DNA of 64,000 bases from a bacterium (GTDB lineage Bacteria; RBG-13-61-14; DATKZS01), in NCBI GenBank assembly GCA_963674965.2, contig CAXXFL010000002.1, forward strand, positions 704,686 to 768,685, in the 5' to 3' direction. Below are positions 60,271 through 64,000 of this stretch, piece after piece. Position numbers and translations under genes: made by a program. The notes under the pieces are model-generated. The model was given only the letters and a program-made list of their open reading frames with translations, ran no database searches and was not told the origin of the DNA. Positions within the stretch are counted from its first letter, which is position 1; the number at the start of each line of letters is the position of its first letter.

Positions 60271-61650
60271 ATGAATCTCAAAGTTCCGGAAAAAGACGTG
60301 ATCGCGGCCATCGCCACCCCCCCCGGAAGAGGGGCCATTGGAGTGGTCAGGATTTCCGGTCCCGGCTCGATCGAGATAGCCGGCCGGGTCTTCTCGGGCG
60401 CGCGCAACCCATCCGACCTTCCCGGTTACGGGGCCGCCCTTGGCTGGATTATCAAGGACGGCGCTCGCGTGGACGAGGTCATCTGCCTGGTCATGCGAGG
60501 ACCCAAAAGCTTCACCGGCGAGGACGTGGCCGAGTTCCATTGCCACGGCGGACCGGCGGTACTTCGCCTTGTCCTCGAGGCCGTGATCTCAGCCGGCGCG
60601 CGTCCGGCCGAGCCGGGAGAGTTCACCAGGCGGGCCTTTTTGGCGGGACGGATCGACCTGTCCCAGGCCGAGGGGGTAGCCGATATCATCGCCTCCGAGA
60701 CCGAGGCCGCCGCCAGGGCCGCGGCTAGTCAACTGGAGGGAGCGCTTTCCGAGAGAATCGGGTCGGTCAAGGATGACCTGGTCCGCTGCCTTGCCCTGGC
60801 CGAGGCGGCCGTCGACTTTTCCGACCAGGAGGACGTGCCCGAGGGCCTGGAAGAGCTGGACCGAACGCTCGAGTCCGCTCGGGCCAAGCTGCAAAAACTT
60901 ATCGAGGACGCTGGGCGAGGAAAAAGATACCGGGAAGGAGCGCGGGTGGTTATCGCGGGCAAGCCCAACGTGGGAAAGTCGACCTTGATGAACGCTCTTT
61001 TAGGCTCGGACCGGGTCATCGTCACCTCGAGTCCGGGCGCCACCAGGGACGTGATCGAGGACTCGGTCGAGATAGGGGGAATTCCCATCAGGCTCTTCGA
61101 CACGGCCGGCCTTCGCGAGGGGGGGGAAGAGGCGGAGATGATCGGCATGAAAAAAACAATTAAATCCATGTCGGAAGCTGACTTAGTCATAATTATGCTG
61201 GACGGATCGAGGCCTCTTGAAAAGGCCGACCTGGCGGTCATGACCCAGGCGCCGCCTTCATATATCGTGGCCGTCAACAAAACGGACCTGCCTTCCCAAA
61301 TGAGCGTCGAGGAGGTGGCAAAAATATGCGGTCCCCCAGCGGCGTTACATATTTCCGCTTTAACCGGAGAGGGACTTGACGGGCTCGAGCAGGCCATAGC
61401 CGACAAACTTCTGGGTGGGAAAGGGGCCGCCTCTCCTCCCTTTGTGACCAACGTCCGTCATGAGAACGCGATCCGGGAGGCGCTGGACAACCTTGCCAGG
61501 GCGCTCGCGGCGCGGCAAGATGGACTGTCCGAGGAATTTTTAGCGGCCGATCTTAGCCGGGCACTCGACTCGCTGGGCCTTATAACGGGGGAGACGGCCG
61601 ACGAGGATATCCTGGACATTATCTTCGAAAGGTTTTGCATAGGTAAGTAA
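60271..61650 (+). CDS. mnmE: tRNA modification GTPase
   Basis: IAAIATPPGRGAIGVVRISG, SFTGED, HGG, GEFTRRAF, GKPNVGKS, DTAG, NKTD, FCIGK. Confidence 0.97.
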   Translation: MNLKVPEKDVIAAIATPPGRGAIGVVRISGPGSIEIAGRVFSGARNPSDLPGYGAALGWIIKDGARVDEVICLVMRGPKSFTGEDVAEFHCHGGPAVLRLVLEAVISAGARPAEPGEFTRRAFLAGRIDLSQAEGVADIIASETEAAARAAASQLEGALSERIGSVKDDLVRCLALAEAAVDFSDQEDVPEGLEELDRTLESARAKLQKLIEDAGRGKRYREGARVVIAGKPNVGKSTLMNALLGSDRVIVTSSPGATRDVIEDSVEIGGIPIRLFDTAGLREGGEEAEMIGMKKTIKSMSEADLVIIMLDGSRPLEKADLAVMTQAPPSYIVAVNKTDLPSQMSVEEVAKICGPPAALHISALTGEGLDGLEQAIADKLLGGKGAASPPFVTNVRHENAIREALDNLARALAARQDGLSEEFLAADLSRALDSLGLITGETADEDILDIIFERFCIGK

Positions 61651-62400
61651 ATGCTTTTTTGTCTGTTATTCTTCATGTTCACGGCGCTGTTTCTCGCTAT
61701 CGCGGCGGCTTTTTCCTCGGCCGGTTTTCCCGGCTCGAGCTTTCTTGCCCTGATTTTCTATCTGGCGGCGGCCTCGGATTTTTATATGGGGGTCCTTTAC
61801 GGCGTCGCCTCCATCTTCCAGGTCAACCCCGGCTGGATGTTCAAGGACGTAGGAGGAAGGATACGCCGGTTTCCCCGCTATCTGGGCATCCTCTATATCT
61901 TCTTCGAAAAGAGGGCCTGGCGAAAATGGAGAAGAAAGAAACACGAGCCCATCTTCGAGAAGGTCATTGACGGCCTGTACCTGGGCTCGAGGGTCACCGA
62001 GGCCGACGTCGATCCGATAAGACAGGAAGGGATAAAGGCCGTGCTCGACATGATGTGCGAGTTCGCCGCCCCCGAGCGCCTGTTGGCGGACAAGGAAATA
62101 GTCTACCTTTGCCTTCCCGTGCTGGACGGAACGGCCCCGCCCCTCGAGATGATTGGCGCGGGCGCGCGTTTCATCGCCAATGCCATGGCCGCCGGGCGTC
62201 CCGTCCTGGTCCATTGCACTTTCGGGCACGGCCGGTCGGCCGCGGTTTCCGCCGCGGCCCTCATGCACATGGGAAAGGCGGCAAGCGCGGCCGAGGCCCT
62301 GGCCAAGCTCGAGACCCTAAGCAGGAAAATATGGCTCAGCCGGGAACAGCATCGAGTGCTGAGAAAATACGAGCGGCGGCTCGGGACCATATCCCGCTGA
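61651..62400 (+). CDS. Membrane-anchored dual-specificity phosphatase
   Basis: GLYLG, LPVLDG, VHCTFGHGRS (HCxxGxxRS). Confidence 0.85.
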   Translation: MLFCLLFFMFTALFLAIAAAFSSAGFPGSSFLALIFYLAAASDFYMGVLYGVASIFQVNPGWMFKDVGGRIRRFPRYLGILYIFFEKRAWRKWRRKKHEPIFEKVIDGLYLGSRVTEADVDPIRQEGIKAVLDMMCEFAAPERLLADKEIVYLCLPVLDGTAPPLEMIGAGARFIANAMAAGRPVLVHCTFGHGRSAAVSAAALMHMGKAASAAEALAKLETLSRKIWLSREQHRVLRKYERRLGTISR

Positions 62401-62441
62401 TTCCCATTTGTCCAGGTCCCGTCTTATAATCGAGCGCCATC

Positions 62442-63848
62442 ATGGCCGTTGATATACACAACAAAAGCGACCTTGAAAACGCCTTCTGGATAGGCGCGCC
62501 GGCGGCCCTTGGTACCCTGGTCATGACCTTCCAGAGCATGGTGGACATGTTCTGGATTGGCAAGCTGGGGACCGAGTCGGTGGCGGCGGTGGCCCTTTGC
62601 GGGAACATCATCAACGTGATCTTCGGGTTCTCCGGTCTGTTGCACACCGGCACCGTGGCCATCATGGCCAGGGCGATCGGAGCGGGAGACAAAAAGGAGG
62701 CGTCCCGGACCCTCGCTCATTCTTTCCTTCTCGGGAGCGCGGTGGGCATATTCATCGTGGCCGCGGGATGGGTTTCCTCACCCGCCATGATCGGCTTTTT
62801 CAAGCTCGAGCCCGCGGTCGCCGAGCAGGCCATTCAATACCTCCAGATAATGCTCGTGCATCTCATGCTGGCGTTCATGCTTATACCAATGGCCGCGGGG
62901 TTCTCGGCCGCGGGAGACACGGTCACTCCCTTCCTGCTCCATTCTCTGGCCGTTTTGCTTAACGTCATCCTCGACCCGATATTGATCTTTACGCCGGAAA
63001 AGGAAATAGAGTTACTGGGCCGCGTCTTCCATCCGGGCGTTTACGGCATGGGCGTATACGGCGCGGGTCTGGCCACGGCCATCGCCGTTGGGGCCGCTCT
63101 TCTCATGTATTTCCTTATCGCCCCCTTTGGGAAGTTCCCCATTTCCTTTCCCAGGCCCTCGGCCCTGAAGCTCGACCTGGCCGAGTTCTGGCGCATAGTC
63201 AAAATCGGGGCGCCGTCGGCCCTGGCCATGCTCAGCCGACCCATGAGCACTCTTTTGCTGCTCCGCGTTATTACGATCTTCGGCTCGGCCGCCGTGGCCG
63301 GCTTCGGCATAGCCATGAGGTGGTACTCGGTCAACTGGATATTGATGGCCGGTTTCGGCGCGTCCGTGCCCGTGCTGGTGGGCCAATACCTGGGGGCCAA
63401 GTCCATCGAGGGCGCGAGCCGGGTGAGCGGCAAGATAATCAGGTGGGGAGCCATGACTCAAATCGTGAGCACGGCCCTATATATTCTCCTTGCCCGGTCC
63501 ATGATCTGGCTCATGGACGACAACCCGGAGACGATCAAGGCGGGGTCCGACTTCATGATCTGGGTGGTGCTCGGTTTTCTGGTCAGCTCGCCGGGAGGAC
63601 TGGCGGCCGCGGCCATGAACGGAGCGGGAGACACCACGCCGGGAATGATAGCGTCCTTTGCGGGCAACTGGCTGTTCAAGCTCCCCCTCGCCTGGCTTCT
63701 TGCCCTGCCCTTGTCGTTTGGCCTGTTTGGTATCTGGCTGGCCATGTTCATTTCCCTCGTGGTGGAGGGCGCCATGTGTCTGGCCTGGTATTACCGGGGC
63801 AAGTGGAAATACAAGGACGTCTCGGCGAAAAAACGGCCCGAGGCGTGA
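62442..63848 (+). CDS. MATE family efflux transporter
   Basis: VDMFWIGKLG, GDTVTP, NVILDPILI, GAGLAT, VGQYLGA, GAGDT. Confidence 0.93.
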   Translation: MAVDIHNKSDLENAFWIGAPAALGTLVMTFQSMVDMFWIGKLGTESVAAVALCGNIINVIFGFSGLLHTGTVAIMARAIGAGDKKEASRTLAHSFLLGSAVGIFIVAAGWVSSPAMIGFFKLEPAVAEQAIQYLQIMLVHLMLAFMLIPMAAGFSAAGDTVTPFLLHSLAVLLNVILDPILIFTPEKEIELLGRVFHPGVYGMGVYGAGLATAIAVGAALLMYFLIAPFGKFPISFPRPSALKLDLAEFWRIVKIGAPSALAMLSRPMSTLLLLRVITIFGSAAVAGFGIAMRWYSVNWILMAGFGASVPVLVGQYLGAKSIEGASRVSGKIIRWGAMTQIVSTALYILLARSMIWLMDDNPETIKAGSDFMIWVVLGFLVSSPGGLAAAAMNGAGDTTPGMIASFAGNWLFKLPLAWLLALPLSFGLFGIWLAMFISLVVEGAMCLAWYYRGKWKYKDVSAKKRPEA

Positions 63849-63886
63849 TCTGCCCGGGCCGTCCTTAGTTTCTCGATTCTTCCCGA

Positions 63887-64000
63887 TTACTCGATCGATA
63901 AAAGGAGCGCCCCCTTTTCCACCTTGTCTCCGTTGCCGTAGCCGATGGACGAGACCTTGCCCGAGGTGGGGGCCAGGATCTCGTTTTCCATTTTCATGGC
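63887..64000 (-). CDS. Biotin carboxyl carrier domain (C-terminal fragment; the gene begins beyond the window)
   Basis: My translation of the minus strand: AMKMENEILAPTSGKVSSIGYGNGDKVEKGALLLSIE*; AMKM biotinylation motif. Confidence 0.9.
   Translation of the reverse strand, partial: AMKMENEILAPTSGKVSSIGYGNGDKVEKGALLLSIE

Overview
GC-rich bacterial chromosomal window, most consistent with an anaerobic Deltaproteobacteria-type organism (Desulfobacterota/Myxococcota-like; inferred from gene content and the split ATP synthase operon). It holds about 52 CDS plus RNase P RNA. Core genes: parA-parB-bactofilin-antiporter-atpF'FHAGDC, purB, purC, cysK with an Rrf2 regulator, mnmE and rnpB. Anaerobic metabolism: aldehyde:ferredoxin oxidoreductase, a four-subunit 2-oxoacid:ferredoxin oxidoreductase, a MesB-like core methionine synthase and a B12 radical SAM enzyme. 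Exported hydrolases: CE15, GH57, S45 acylase and M48 peptidase. There is also a TMTC-like glycosyltransferase pair linked to oppAB. I saw no transposase, prophage, CRISPR array, tRNA or rRNA. The best candidate for an undescribed system is at 2.9-7.8 kb: a membrane sensor kinase whose phospho-accepting His is replaced by Asp, followed by an MshEN-domain protein with a ~640-aa lysine-free acidic tract that is translationally coupled to a membrane TPR protein. Other notable items are an HdrD/GlpC-like protein that has lost its CCG cysteines, two REPIN-like multi-hairpin inverted elements, a small secreted protein paired with an M48 peptidase, and His-rich extensions on AtpF and the neighbouring antiporter. 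All family calls come from motif recognition by eye, not from database searches.
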